This document shows positions 44,632 through 62,984 of a stretch of 64,000 nt of DNA, piece after piece (within the stretch, counting starts at the first letter, position 1; each line of letters begins with the position of its first letter). Below the pieces are notes generated by a model. It was not told the DNA's origin, searched no databases, and was given only the letters and a program-made list of their open reading frames with translations. A program made the position numbers and the translations under genes. Origin of the DNA: the human T2T-CHM13v2.0 reference genome, Homo sapiens; NCBI RefSeq assembly GCF_009914755.1, contig NC_060947.1. One strand, given 5' to 3'.

Positions 44632-46806
44632 TGTATTAGTCCATTTTCACACTGCTAATAAAGCCATGCCCGATATTGAATAATTTATACAGAAAACAGA
44701 TTTAATGGACTCACAGTTCCATATGGCTGTGGAGATCTCACAATCATGGTGAAAGTCAAGGAGGGGCAAGTCACATCTTGCATGGATGGCAGCAGGAAAA
44801 TAGAGAACTTGTGCAGGGAAACTCCCCCTTTTAAAACCATCAGATCTCGTGACACTTATTCACTATCACAAGAACAGCACAGAAAAGACCTCCCCACATG
44901 ATTCAATTACTTCCCACTGGTTCCCTCCCACAACACATGGCAATTCAAGGTGAGATGTGGATGGGGGCACAGCCAAACCATACCATTCTGCCTGTGGCTC
45001 TTCTCAAATCTCATGTCCTCACATTTTAAAGCCACTCATGTCTTACCAACAGTCCCCCAAAGCCTTAACTCATCTCAACATTAACTCAACAGTTTACAGT
45101 CCAATGTCTCATCTGAGAAATTGGCCAAAACAAATCGGCTACAGGATGCATGCAAGTTCAAAATCCAGCAGGACAGCCAAATCTCAAAGCTCCAAAATGA
45201 TCTCCTTTGACTCCATGTCTTGCATTTAAGTCATACTGACACAACTAGTGGGTTTCTATGTTCTTGGGTAGCTCCATCCCTGTGGCTTTTCAGGGTACAG
45301 CCTCCCTTCTGGCTGCTTTCACGGGCTGTTGTTGAGTATCTGCAGCCTTTCCAAGTGCATGGTGCAAGCTGTCGATGAATCTACCATTCTGGACTCTGGA
45401 GGATGGTGGCCCTCTTCTCAAAGCTCCACTAGGCAGTGCTCCAGTGGAGACTCTGTGTGGGGGCTCCCACCCCATATTTCCATTCCACACTGCTTTAGCA
45501 GAGGTTCTCCATAAGCTACCCACTCCTGCAGCAAACTTCTGCCTGGGCATCCAGGCGTTTCCATACATTCTCTGAAACCTAGGCAGAGGTTCCCAAACCT
45601 CAATTCTTGACTTCTGTGCACCTGCAGGCTCAACATCACATGAAAGCTGACAAGGCTTGGGGCTTGCACCCTCTGAAGCCATGGCCCATGCTGTACTTTG
45701 GCCCCTTTTAGTCATTGCTGGAGCAGCTGGGAGGCAGGTCACCAAGTCCCTAGACCGCACAAAGAAGAGGGACCCTGGCCATCCCACGAAATTATGTCTT
45801 CCTCCTAGGTCTCCAGCCCTGTGATGTGAGAGCCTGCCACAAAGGTCTCTGACATGCCCTGCAAACATTTTCCCCATTGTCTTGGTGATTAACATTTGGC
45901 TCCTCTTTACTTATGCAAATTTCTGCAGCCAGCTTGAATTTCTCCTTAGAAAATAGGATTTCTTTTCTATCACACTGTCAGGCTGCAAGTTTTCTGAACT
46001 TTTATGCTCTCTTTCCCTTTTAAAACTGAATACCTTTAACAGCACCAATGTCACATCTTGAATGCTTTGCTGCTTAGAAATTTCTTCTGCCAGATACCCT
46101 AAATGATCTCTCTTAAGTTCAAAGTTCCAGAAATCTCTAGGGCAGGGCAAAATGCTGCCAGTTTCTTTGCTAAACTATAACAAGAGTAACTTTTGCTCCA
46201 GTTCCCAACAAGTTCCACATCTCCATCTGAGACCACCTCAGCCTGTATTTCATTGTCCATATCATTATCAGCATTTTGGTCAAAGCCATTCAACAAGTCT
46301 CTAGTGAGTTCAAAACTTTCCCACATTTTCCTGTCTTCTTCTGAGCCCTCCAAACTGTTGAAACCTCTGCCTCTTACCCAGTTCCAAAGTCAGTTTTATG
46401 TTTTTGGGTATCTTTTTAGCAATGCTCCACTCTACTGGTATCAATTTATTGCATTAATACGTTTTCATACTGCTAACAAAGACATACTCAGGACTGGGTA
46501 ATTTATACAGAAAAAACGTTTAATCGACTCTCGGTTCCACATGGCTGAGGAGGCCTCACAATCATGGCAGAAGGCAAGGAGGAACAAGTCACATCTTACA
46601 TGGATGGCAGCAGGCAAAGAGCTAAATTGCTCAGAGAAACTCAGCCTTATAAAACCGTCAGATCTCATGAGACTTATTTGCTATTATGAGAACAGCATGG
46701 GAAATACCTGCCCCCATGATTCAATTACCTCCCAGTGTGTCCCTCCCACAACACATTGTGGGAATTCAAGATGAGATTTGGGTGGGGACACAGCCAAACC
46801 TTACCA
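44632..46806 (-). mobile_element. Complete THE1 (THE1B-like) MaLR element: LTR-int-LTR
   Basis: LTRs at 44632-44985 and 46450-46806; internal region with THE1-int ORF remnants; TSD GTACA/GTAGA (44627-44631, 46807-46811). Confidence 0.9.
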
Positions 46807-47012
46807 GTAGAGTACACTAATATTCAAATGTTGAACTAGCTTTACATACCTAGAAAAATCCCACTTAGCCATGGTTTATAATTCTTTTTATACATTGCTG
46901 AATTTTAATTTGCTAATATTTTGTTGACTTTTTCCATTTAAGTTTATGTGAGGTGTGGGTTTATAATTTTTATTTTATTTTACTGTCTGTCTGATTCCAG
47001 TGTCAAGGCCTC

Positions 47013-47438
47013 TGCTATGGTTTGTTTGGCACTGCCAAGTTTATGTTAATATTTTAACCCCTATGTTGGAGGTGGACCTTGTGGGAGGTGTTTGGATTGA
47101 GATTGGATCCCTCACGAATAACTTAGTGCCATTCTCATGGGAGTGAATAATTTCTCACTATTACTTGCTTTGAGAACAGTTGTTGGAAAGAGCCTGGCAA
47201 ACCCTACCCTCACCCCCCTGTCTGTCTGTCTGTCTCTCTTTCTGTCTCTGTTGCTTCCTTTCTCACCATGTGATCTCCACATGCCAGCTCTTCATTAACT
47301 TATGCCATAAAAGCCTTCAACAGAAGCAAATGCTGTCACTATGCTTCTCCTACTGCCTGTAGATCTATGAGTCAACTAAACAGTTTTTACTTATAAATTA
47401 CTCAGTCACAGATATTTCTTCATAACAACACAAAGACA
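47013..47438 (+). mobile_element. MSTB-like MaLR solo LTR
   Basis: tgctatggtttgtttgg...atccctcacgaata...ttataaattactcagtcacagatatttc...aagaca. Confidence 0.75.
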
Positions 47439-47880
47439 ACTTCAAAAAATGAGTTAGCAATTGCTCCTTTCTATTCAATTTTCCAGAAGAACTTGTGTAA
47501 AATTTGTATTAATTCATCTGTAAATGTTGGTAAAATTCTTTATTGAAGCCATCTAAGCCTGGGGTTTTCTTTTGCAGGAGTTGCTTAATTACAAATTCAA
47601 TTAATTTAATAGTTATAAGACTATTCCACTTATCTGTTTATCTTGGTTGAGTTTTGGTATTTTGTGTGTTTTGAGGAATTGCTTTAGTTCTTCTAAGTTT
47701 TCCGATGTATGGGTGTAAACTTGTTGATATCTTTTTCTTATTATCTTTTTAACAGTTAGAGGACTGCTAAGACATCTTTGGCTTTATTTATGATATTGGT
47801 GTTTTGTGTGCCTTCTTTTTATGTTTGTCACTCTTGTTAGATATTTCTCAAATTTTATTGATTAGTTTTTGAGAGCTAGA

Positions 47881-48183
47881 TTTTTTATTTTGAGACAAGG
47901 TCTCAATCTGCCACCCAGACTGGGGAGTAGTGGCACAATCATGACTCATAGCAGCCTTGACTTCCCTGGGCTCAGATGACCATCCCACGTCAGCTTCCCA
48001 AGTAGCTGGGACCACAAGCATGTGCCACCATGTCCAGCTAATTTAATTAATTAATTAATTTTTTTGTAGGGATGGGCTTTTGCCATGTTGCCCAGGCTGG
48101 TCTCCAACTTCAGAGCTCAAGAAATTCACCTGCCTTGGCCTTCCAAAGAGTTGAGATAACAGGCGTGAGCACCTGCACCCAGT
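47881..48183 (-). mobile_element. AluJ
   Basis: gagacaaggtctc...gcagccttgacttccctgggctcag...gccatgttgcccaggctggtctc; diverged, with AluJ diagnostics. Confidence 0.88.
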
Positions 48184-48749
48184 GAGAACTAGCTTTTAAT
48201 TTTATTTTATTTCTTTTTTTTCTGTTTTCAGGTTCATAGATTTCTGCTCATATTTTTATTAGCTACCTTCTACTTGCTTTACATTCATGTTCCTCTTCTC
48301 TTTATAATTTCTTGAGGTAAGAATTTAGATTATCGATTTGAGATATTTTATCTTTTCTCATGTAAGCTTTAGTGCTATAACTTTTCTTCTAACCACTGCT
48401 TTAACTGTGTCCCACAAATTTTGATATGTTGTATAATTATTTTAATTCATTTGTATATATTTTTAGAATTTCCTTTGAGATTTCCTCTTTGACTCGTGGA
48501 TTCTTTGAAAGTGTGATTTTTAACTTTGCAGGTCTTTGAAAATATTTATTTTTCTTTATTATTATCAATTTATGTTTTAATCTAATTATGATTGAAAAAA
48601 ACTTTGTATTGTTTTGAGTCTCTTAAATTTGTTGATTTGTTTTATGACCCAAGTTTTAGTCTATCCTGGTGAAATTTTCATGGGCACTTGAATAGAATAT
48701 GCATTCTGCTGTTATTGGCTCAGGTGTTCTATATTTTGGGGTTTTTCCA

Positions 48750-48794
48750 TTAGATTGGTACAAAAGTAATTGCAGTTTTGCCATTATTTTGAAT
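48750..48794. mobile_element. Half MADE1 (Hsmar1 MITE)
   Basis: ttagattggtacaaaagtaattgcagttttgccatt matches one Hsmar1/MADE1 inverted repeat. Confidence 0.7.
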
Positions 48795-49425
48795 ATATTA
48801 ATACGAATATATTCCTGCTGATTTTTGTGTAGTACACGTTTCATCAATTGTTGAGAGAGAACTGTTGAAATCTTTGATTAGAATTCTCATTTTTCTGTCC
48901 TTTTTCAGTTCCATCAGTTTTTGCCTCACATATTTTGTAACTTTTTTGGTACATATTTGAAATTCCTATGTATTGCTAGTATATTCATTATTTTATTATT
49001 ATGCTGTGTCCCTATATGTTCATGGTAATTTTCTCTACTATGATATCTACTTTATCTTATTGATGTTGCTACTTTGAGGTGTTTTTTTTTTAATCCGTGT
49101 TTGCATGGCATTTCTTTTACATCTGTTTGCTTTCAATCTTCCTATATTATTATGTGGGAACTGAGTTTCTAGTGGACAGTGTGTAGTCAGTCATATTTTT
49201 TAATCATTCTGCTAACCTTTATTTTTAAATTGGCATGTATAGAGAACTTGAATTTATATAGTTATTGACATGTCTGGATTTAAATCTACCGTTTATAATT
49301 TGTTTTCTATTTATGTCCTCTCTCATTCCCCTGTTTCTCTTTACTTGTCTTTCTGTGTGTTATTGGAACATTTGAGTAATTCCATCTTGTTTTGTGTACA
49401 GTATTCTTTCATTATGCTTTATCTG

Positions 49426-52101
49426 ATTTTTTTTTCGTTTTTCATTTTACTTTAAATTCTGGGATACATGTTCAGAATGTGCAGGTTTGTTACATAGGTA
49501 TACATGTGCCATGGTGGTTTGCTGCACCTATCAACCCGTCATCTAGGTTTTAAGCCCTGCGTGCATTAGGTATTTGTCCTAATGCTTTCCCTCCCCTTGC
49601 CCCTGACCCCCTGACAAGCCCCAATGTGTGATGTTTCCTCCCTGGGTCCGTGTATTCTCATTGTTCAACTCCCACTTACGAGTGAGAACATGCAGTGTTT
49701 GGTTTTCTGTTCCTGTGTTAGCTTGCAGTGATGGCTTCCAGCTTCATCCATGTCTCTGCAAAGGACATGATCTCATTTTTTATGGCTGCATAGTATTCCA
49801 TGGTGTATATGTGCCACATCTTCTTTATCCAGTCTATCATTGATGGGCATTTGGGCTAGTTCCAAGTCTTTACTATTGTAAATAGTGCTGCAGTAAACAT
49901 ACGTGTGCATGTATCTTTATAGTAGAATGATTTATAATCCTTTGGGTTATTCCCAGTGATGGGATTGCTAGGTCAAATGGTATTTCTGTTTTCAGATCCT
50001 TGAGGAATCACCACACTGTCTTCCACAATGGTTGAACTAATTTACACTCCCACCAACAGTGTAAAAGTGTTCCCATTTCTCCACAGCCTCACCAGCCTCT
50101 GTTGTTTCCTGACTTTTTAATTATCGCCATTTTAGCTGGCTTGAGATGGTATCTCATTGTAGTTTGATTTGCATTTCTCTAATGACCAGTGATGATGAGA
50201 TTTTTTCATACTTTTTTGGCCACATAAATGTCTTCCTTTGAGAAGTGTGTATTCATAACCTTCACCCAATTTTTGATGGGGTAGTTTGATTTTTTCTTGT
50301 AAATTTGTTTAAGTTCCTTATAGATTATTGATATTAGACCTTTGTCAGATGGGTAGATAGCAAAAAGTTCTCGATTATGTAGGTTTCCTTTTCACTCTAA
50401 TGATAATTTGTTATGCTGTGCAGAGACTCTTTAGTTTAATTAGATCCCATTTGTCAATTTTGGCTTTTGTTGTTGTTGCTTTTGGTGCTTTAGTCATGAA
50501 GTCTTTGCCCATGCCTGGGTCCTGAATGGTATTACCCAGGTTTTCTTCCAAGGTTTTCATGGTTTTAGCTTTTACATTTAAGTCTTTACTCCATCTTGAG
50601 TTAATTTTTCTATAATGTGTAAGGAAGAAGTCCAGTTTCTGTTCTTTGCATATGGCATATTGCTAGCCAGTTTTCCCAGAACCATTTATTTCATAGAGAA
50701 TCCTTTCCTCATTGCTTGTTTTTGCCAGGTTTGTTAAAGATCAGATGGTTGCAGATGTATGGTGTTATTACTGAGGTCTCTGTTTTGTCCCATTGCCCTA
50801 TATATCTGTTTTGATACCAGTACCATGCTGTTTTGGTTACTGTAGCCTTGTAGTATAGTTTGAAGTCAGGTAGTGTGATGCCTCCAGCTTTGTTCTTTTT
50901 GCTTAGGATTGTCTTGGCTATGCAAGATCTCTTTTGGTTCCATAGGAATTCAAAGTAGCTTTCTCTAATTCTGCAAATAAAGTCCATGGTGGTTTGTTGG
51001 GAATAGAATTGGATCTGTAAATTACTTTTGGCAGTATGGCCATTTCATGATATTAGTTCTTCTTATCAATGAACATGGAATGTTTTCCATTTCTTTGTGT
51101 CCTGTCTTATATCCTTGAGCAGTGGTTTGTAGTTCTCTTTGAAGAGGTCCTTCACATTTTTTGTAAGTTATATTCCTAGGTATTTTATTCTCTTTGTAGC
51201 AATTGTGAATGAGAGCTAACTCATCATTTGGCTCTCTATTTGTCTACTGTTGGTGTATAGATATGCTTGTGATTTTGTATCCTAAGACTTTGCTGAAGTT
51301 GCATATCAGCTTAAGGAGTTTTTGGGCTGAGACAATGGGATTTTCTAAATATATAATCATGTCGTCTGCAAACAGAGATTATTTGACTTCCTATCTTCCT
51401 ATTTGAATATCCTTTATTTCTTTCTCTTGCCTGATTGTCCTGGCCAGAACTTCCAATACGATGTTGAACAGGAGTGGTGAGAGAGGGCATCCTTGTCTTG
51501 TGCCAGCTTTCAAAAGGAATGCTTCCAGCTTTTGCCCATTCAATATGATATTGGTTATGGGTTTGTTATAAATAGCTCTTATTATTTTGAGATATGTCCT
51601 ATCAATACCTAGTTTATTGAGAGTTTTTAGAATGAAAGGCTGTTGAATTGTATTGAAGGTCTTTTCTGCATCTATTGAGATAATCATGTGGTTTTGCCAT
51701 TGGTTCTGTTTATGTGATGGATTATGATTTTTGATTTGCATATGTCAAACCAGCCTTGCATCCCAGGGATGACACCTACTTGATAGTGGTGGATAAGCTT
51801 TTTGATGTACTCTGGATTCAGTTTGCCAGTATTTTATTGAGGATTTTCACATCAATGTTCATCAGGGATATTGCCCTGAAATTTTCTTTTTTTTGTTGTG
51901 TCTCTGCCAGGCTTTGGTATCAGGATGATGCTGGCCTCATAAAATGAGTTAGGGAGGTATCAGGATGATGCTGGCCTCATAAAATGAGTTAGGGAGGAAT
52001 CCCTCTTTTTGTATTGTTTGGAATAGTTTCCAAAGGAATGGTACCATCTTCTCTTTGTACCTTTGGTAGAATTGGGCTGTGAATCTGTCTGTTCCTGGGC
52101 T

Positions 52102-52143
<42 letters not shown>

Positions 52144-52873
52144 GTTGGTAGGCTATTAATTACTGCCTCAATTTCAGAACTTGTTATTGGTCTATTCAGG
52201 GATTTGACTTCTTCCTTGTTTAGTCTTGAGAAGGTTTATGTGTCCAGGAATTTATCCATTTCTTCTAGATTTTCTAATTTATTTGTATAGAGGTGTTTGT
52301 AGTATTCTCGGATAGTAGTTTGTATTTCTGTGGTGTCAGTGGTAATATCCCCTTTATTATTTTTTATTGTGTTTACTTGATTCTTCTCTTTTTTCTTCTA
52401 TATTAGTCTAGCTAGTGGCCCATATATTTTTTAATCTTTAAAAAAAAACAGCTTCTGGATTTATTATTTTTTGGAGGGTTTTTTGTGTCTTCATCTCCTT
52501 CAGTATTGCTCTGATCTCAGTTATTTCCCATCTTATGGTAGCTTTTGAATTTGTTTGCTCTTTCTTCTCGATTTTAGATCTTTCTAGCTTTCTTTTGTGG
52601 GCCTTTAGTGCTATAACTTTTTTTCCTAACACTGTATTAGCTGTGTCCCAGAGATTCTGCTACATTGTCTCTTGGTTCTCATTAGTTTCAAAGAAGTTCT
52701 TTATTTCTGCCTTAATTTTGTTATTTACCCAGTGGTCATTCAGGAGCAGGTTGTTTAATTTCCATGTAGCTGTGCAGTTTTGATTGACTTTGTTAATCCT
52801 ATGTTCTAATGTGATTGCATTGTGGTCTGAGAAACTGTAATGATTTCCATTCTTTAGCATTTGCCAAGAAGTG
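49426..52873 (-). mobile_element. L1PA7/8-like element, 3' portion (3' UTR to EN domain)
   Basis: ttctgggatacatg...tacataggtatac...catctaggttttaagccc 3' UTR; ORF2 fragments; breaks at gcatttgccaagaagtgtttt. Confidence 0.85.
51916..51995. repeat. Perfect 40 bp tandem duplication
   Basis: ggtatcaggatgatgctggcctcataaaatgagttaggga x2. Confidence 0.95.
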
Positions 52874-57250
<4,377 letters not shown>

Positions 57251-59398
57251 TCTTTTCTTTAAAAATGTTGAATATTTGTCCCCACTCTCTGTTGACTTGT
57301 AGAGTTTCTGCAGAGAGATCTGGTGTTAGTCTGATGTGCTTTCCTTTGTAGGTAACCTGATTTTTCTCTCTGGCTGCCCTTAACATTTTTTTGTTTGTTT
57401 TAACCTTGTAGAAACTGATGATTATGTGTCTTGGGATTGCTCTTCTCGAGGAATATCTTAGTGGTGTTCTCTGTTGTTTCCTGAATCTCAATGTTGGCCT
57501 GTCTTGCTAGGATGGCAAAGTTCTCCTGGATAATATCTGAAGTGTGTTTTCCAACTTGGTTCCATTCTCTCTGTCACTTTCAGGTACACCAATCAATTGT
57601 AGATTTGATCTTTTCACATAGTTCCTTATTTCTTGGAGTGTTTGTTCGTTCCTTTTCATTCTTTTTTCTCTAATCTTGTCTTCACACTTTAGTTCATGAA
57701 GTTGATCTACAATCGCTGATATCCTTTCTTCCACTTGATTGATTTTGCTATTGATACTTGTGTATGCTTCACAAAATTCTTGTGCTGTGTTTTTCAGCTC
57801 CATCAAGACATTTATATTCTTCTCTAAACTGGTTATTCTAGTTAGCAGTTCCTTTAACCTTATATCAAGGTTCTTAGCTTTTTGGCATTGGGTTAGAACA
57901 TGCTCCTTTAGCTCTGAGGAGTTTGTTATTACCCACTTTCTGAAGCCTACTTCTGTCAATTGATCAATCTCATTCTTAGTCCATTTTTGTGTTCTTTATG
58001 CAGATGAGTTGCAATCATTTGGAGAAGCATTCTGGTTTTTGGAATTTTCATTGTTTTGTTATTGGTTTTTCCTCATCTTCCTGGATTTTTCTACCTTTGA
58101 TCTTTGAGGGTGATGACCTTAGGATGGGGATTTTTGTGGGCGTCCTTTATGTTAATGTTGATGTTTTTGCTTTCTCTTTGTCAGGTTTTTTTCTAACAGT
58201 CAGGCTTCTCTTCTGCAGGTCTGCTGGAGTTTGCTGGAGGTCCACTCCAGACCCCGTTCACCTGGGTATCACTAGTGGAGCCTGCAGAACAGCAAAGGTT
58301 GCTGCCTGTTCCTCCCTCTGGAAGCTCCATCCCAGGAGGGCAGCAGCCTGATGCCAGATGGAGCTCTCCTGTATAAGGTGTCTGTCAACTTCTGCTGGGA
58401 GGTTTCTCCCTGTCAGGAGGCTCGGGGATCAGGGACCCACTTGAGTAGGCTGTATGTCCCTTAGCAGAGCTGGAACACTATGCTGGGAGAATCCCTGTTG
58501 TCAGAATGAACTGCTCTCTTCACAGCTGGCAGGCAGGAATAATGAAATCCGCTGAAGCTGCGCCCACAGCCACCCCATCCCCCAAGTGCTCTGTCCCAGG
58601 GAAATAGGGTTTTTTCTGTAGGCCCCTAACTGGAGCTGTTACCTTTTCTTCAGCGATGCCCTGCCCAGTGAGGAGGAATCTAGAATAGCAGTTTGCCTAC
58701 AGCTGCTTTGCTGTGCCCAGCCCAGACCTCCCAGCCTCCTTAGCACTGTCAGGGGAAAAACACCTACTAAAGCCTCAGTAATGGCAGACGGCCCTCCTCT
58801 CACCAAGCTCGATTGTTTCAGGTCGACTTCAGACTGCTGTACTGGCAGCAAGAATTTTAAGCCAGTGCTTCTTAGCTTGCTGGGCTCCGTCGGAGTGGGA
58901 CCTGCTGAGAGAGACCACTTGGCTCCCTGGCTTCAGTTTCCTTTCCAGGGGAGTGAATGGTTCTGTCTCACTGGGGTTCCATGCACCACTAGGGTATAAA
59001 GAAAAACAACTGTTGCAGCTAGCTCAGTGTCTGCTCAAACAATAGCCCAGTTTTGTGCTTGAAATTCAGGGCCCTGGTGGTGTAGGCATATGAGGGAATC
59101 TCCTGACCTGTAGATTGCAAAAACCGTGGGAAAAGTGTAGAAACCTGGCCTGGTAGCACAGTTCCTTAAGGCTTCCCTTGGCTGAGGGAGGGAGGTACCC
59201 TGCCTCTTGCACTTTCCAGGTGAATCCATATCCTACCCTGCTTCTGCTTGCCCTCCATGGGTTGGACTCACTGCCTAACCAGTCCCAATGAGACGAACTG
59301 GGTACCTCAGTTGGAAATACAGAAATCACCCACCTTCTGTGTTGGTCTTGCTGGGAGCTGCAGACCAGAGCTGTTTCTATTTGGCCATCTTGGCCCTC
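57251..59398 (-). mobile_element. L1PA7-like ORF1 and 5' UTR
   Basis: ORF1 piece MTEVGFRKWVITNSSELKEHVLTQC (same type as 35017-35244); 5' terminus GGGCCAAGATGGCCAAATAG on minus at about 59378-59397. Confidence 0.85.
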
Positions 59399-59409
59399 CT
59401 GCTTTATTG

Positions 59410-62400
59410 CCTTTTTAAAAACTTTTATTTTAGGTTCAGGGGTACATGTACAAGTTTGTCATACAGGTAAAGTTGTGGTATGGGCGATTTTTATACAGAT
59501 TATTTCATCACCCAAGTACCAAGCCCAGTACCTAATAGTTATTTTTCTGATCATCTCCTTCATTTTACCTTCCATATCCAGATAGGCCCCAGTGCCTGTT
59601 GTTCCCCTCTTTGTGTTCATGTGTTCTCATCATTTAGCAACCCCTTATAAGTAAAAACATGTAATATTTGGCTTTCTGTTTCTGCATTACTTTGCTAAGG
59701 AAAATGACCTCCATCTCCATCTATGTTCCTGCAAAGGAGATGATCTCATTCTTTTTTATGGCTCCATTGTATTCCATGGTGTACATTTACCACATGTTCT
59801 TTATCCAGTCTGCCATTAATGGGCATTTAGGGTGATTATATGTCTCTTTTATTGTAAATAGTGTTGCAATGAATGTATGTATGCATGCATCTTTATGATA
59901 GAATGATTTATATCTCCTTGGGTATATACCCTGAAGTGGGATTTCTGAGTCAAATGGTATTTCTGTTCTTAGCTTTTTGAGGAATCACCACACTGCTTTC
60001 CACAATGGTTGAACTAATTTAAACTTCCAACAATATTGTATGAGTATTCCCTTTTCTCCACAATCTCGCCACCATTTGTTATTTTTTGTAATAGCCATTC
60101 TAACCAGTGTGAGATGGTATCTCTTTGTGGTTTGATTTGCGTTTCTCTAATGATCAGTGATATTGAGCTTTTTTTTAGGAAAAGAATGCTTGTTGGCCAC
60201 ATGTATGTCTTCTTTTGAAACAGTCTGTTCATGTCCTTTGCCCACTTTTTAAGGGGATTGTGTGTTTCCTTGTAAATTTGTTTAAGTTCCTTATAGATGC
60301 GGATATTACACAATTGTCAGATGCATATTTCACAAATATTTCCTGTAGGTTGTCTGTTTACTCTGTTGGTAGTTTATTTTGCTGTGTAGAAGCTCTTTAA
60401 TTACATACCATTTGTCAATTTTTGCTTTTGTTGCAATTGCTTTTGGTGTCTTCGTCATAAAATCTTCATCAGTTCCTATGTCTAGAATGGTATTGGCTGG
60501 ACATTGTCTCTCAGGGTTTTTATAGTTTTGGGTTTTACACTTAAGTCTTTAATCCATCTTGAGTTTTTTTTTTATACAGTATATGGAAGGGACCCTGTTT
60601 CAATCTTCTGCTTATGGCTAGCCAGTTATCCCAGCACTACTTATTGTAGAGGAAAGCTTTTCCTCAGTGCTTGTTTTTGTCAACTTTGTTGAAGATTAGA
60701 TAACCTTATTTCTGGGCTCTCTATTATGTTTCATTGATCTACATATCTGTTTTTTTTTTTCCAGTACTATGCTGCTTTGGTTACTGTTTCTCTGTAGTAT
60801 AGTTTGAAGTTGGGTAAGTTTGATGTCTTTAACTTTATTCCTTTATTTTTAGGATTGCCTTGGCTATTTGTGTTTTTCTTTGGTTCCATATGAATTGTAG
60901 ACTAGTTTTTTCTAGCTTTGTGAAAAATTACATTGGTAATTTGATAGAAATAGCGTTAAATTGCTTTGGGCAGTATGGTCATTTTTATAATATTGATTCT
61001 ATCTATGGGCATGAAATGCTTTTCCATTTGTTTGTGTCATCTCTGACTTCCTTGGACAGCATTTTATAATTCTTCTTGTAGAGATCTTTCACCTACCTGG
61101 CTAGTTGTATTCCTGGATATTTTATTCTTTGCGAGGTAATTGTGAATGAAATTTCTTTCCTGAATTTGCTCTTGTCTTTGCTCTTGTTGGTGTGTAGGAA
61201 TTTTAGTGATTCTTATACATTGATTTTGTATCCTGAGAATTTGCTGAAATTGCTTATCAGCTGAAGGGGCTTTGGGGCCAAGACTGTGAAGTTTTCTAGG
61301 TATAGAATCATGTCACCTGCAAACGAGGATAGTTTTATTTTCTCTCCCCCTATTTGGATTCCTTTTATTTATTTGTCTTGTCTGATTGCTCTAGTAAGAA
61401 TTTCCAATACTATGTTGAATGGGAGTGCTGAGAGAGAGCATCCTTGTTTTGTGCTTGTTTTCAAGAGGAATGCTTCCAAATTTGCCCATTCAGTATGATG
61501 TTGGCTGTGGGTTTGTCATAGATGACTCTTATTATTTTGAAGTATGTTCCTTCAATGCCTAGTTGGTTGAGAATTTTTAACATTGAGGTATGTTGAATTC
61601 TATCAAAAGCCTTTTCTTCATCTATTGAGATAATCATTTGATTTCTGCTTTAATTTGCTTAGGTGATGAATGACATTTATTGATTTGATTATATTGAACC
61701 AATCTTGCATCCCAGAGATAAAGCCTACTTGATCATTTTAGATTAGCTTTTCGTTGTGCTTCTGGATTTCATTTGCCAGTATTTTGTTGAGAATTTTAGC
61801 ATTAATGTTCATCCAGGATATTGGTGTGTGTTTTTTTTGTTGTTGTTGTTGTTTGTTTGTTTGTTTTTTGTATCTCTACCAGGTTTTTATATCAGGATGA
61901 TCCTGGCCTCATAGAATAAGTTGAAGAAGAGTCCCATCTCCTTAATTTCCGGGGCAATATTTTCAGTATGAATGTTACCAGCTCTTCTTTGTACATCTTG
62001 TAGAATTTAGCTATAAATTCGTTTGATTCTGGGTTTTGTTTCACTTTGGTTTGGGTTTTTTTTTTTTGTAGTATATTTATTGCTGAGTCAATTTTGGATC
62101 TTGCTATTGTTCTGTTTAGAGATTCAATTTCTTCCTGCTTCTGTCTAGGTAGTGTGTATGTGTCCATGAATTCATCCATTTCTTCTAGATTTTTAGTTTG
62201 TGTTAACAGAAGTGTTTATGGTACTTTCTAATGGTTGCTTTCATTTCTGTGGGGGTAAGTGGTAACGTCTCTTTTGTCATTTCTAATTGTGCTTGTTTGG
62301 ATCTTCTCTTGTATTCTCTTTATTAGTCTACCTAGGTCTAGGTCTGTGTTATTAGTTTTTTCAAAGTACATACTACTAGACTTGTTGATATTTTGAATAT

Positions 62401-62980
62401 TTTATGTCTCAATCTCCTTCAGTTCCACTATGATTTTGGTTATCTCTTGTCTTCTGCTAGCTTTGGAATTGGTTTGCAATTGCTTCTAGATTTTTTTTTT
62501 TTCTTGTGATGTTAGGTTGTTAATTTTAGAACTTTCTAACATTTTGATCTTAGTGTTTAGTGCTATAAATTTCTCTCAATACTATCTTTTCTGTGTTTCA
62601 AAGAGTCTGCTATGTTGTATCTTTGTACTCATTAGTGTCAAAGAACTTATTGATTTCTGCCTTAATTTCATCATTTATTTATGCCATTCAGAAACAACGT
62701 ACTGAATCAATTGTATGGTTTTGAGAAATTTTTCTAGTCTTGATATCTATTCTTATTGTGGTGTGGTGTGAGACAGTGGTTGGCAGGATTTTTTTTTTTT
62801 TTGCATTTGCTGAGATTAATCCAACTGTGTGACTGATTTTAGATTATGTATCATGTGGTAATGAGAAAAATGTATATTTTGTTGCTTTTCGGTGGAGAGT
62901 TCTGTAGATATCTATCAGACCCATTTGGTCCAGTATTGTGTTCAGCTTCTGAATATCTTTATTAATTTTCTGCCTCAATA
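59410..62980 (-). mobile_element. L1PA12/13-like element (3' UTR to EN domain)
   Basis: acttttattttaggttcaggggtacatg...tacagattatttcatcaccca...gtacctaatagttattttt 3' UTR; diverged ORF2. Confidence 0.75.
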
Positions 62981-62984
62981 ATTA

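Larger units (their letters stand above)
42880..49420 (-). mobile_element. Old L1M ORF2 remnant hosting several later insertions
   Basis: Diverged ORF2-like pieces (gagattttgataggaattgcatt, aagagtggtgggagtgaacatt, ctatcctggtgaaa...cacttgaatagaatatg) that resume collinearly across insertions. Confidence 0.65.

Noticed and set aside
45290-45895. 201 aa ORF
   Set aside because: Remnant of the THE1 internal ORF, not a host gene.
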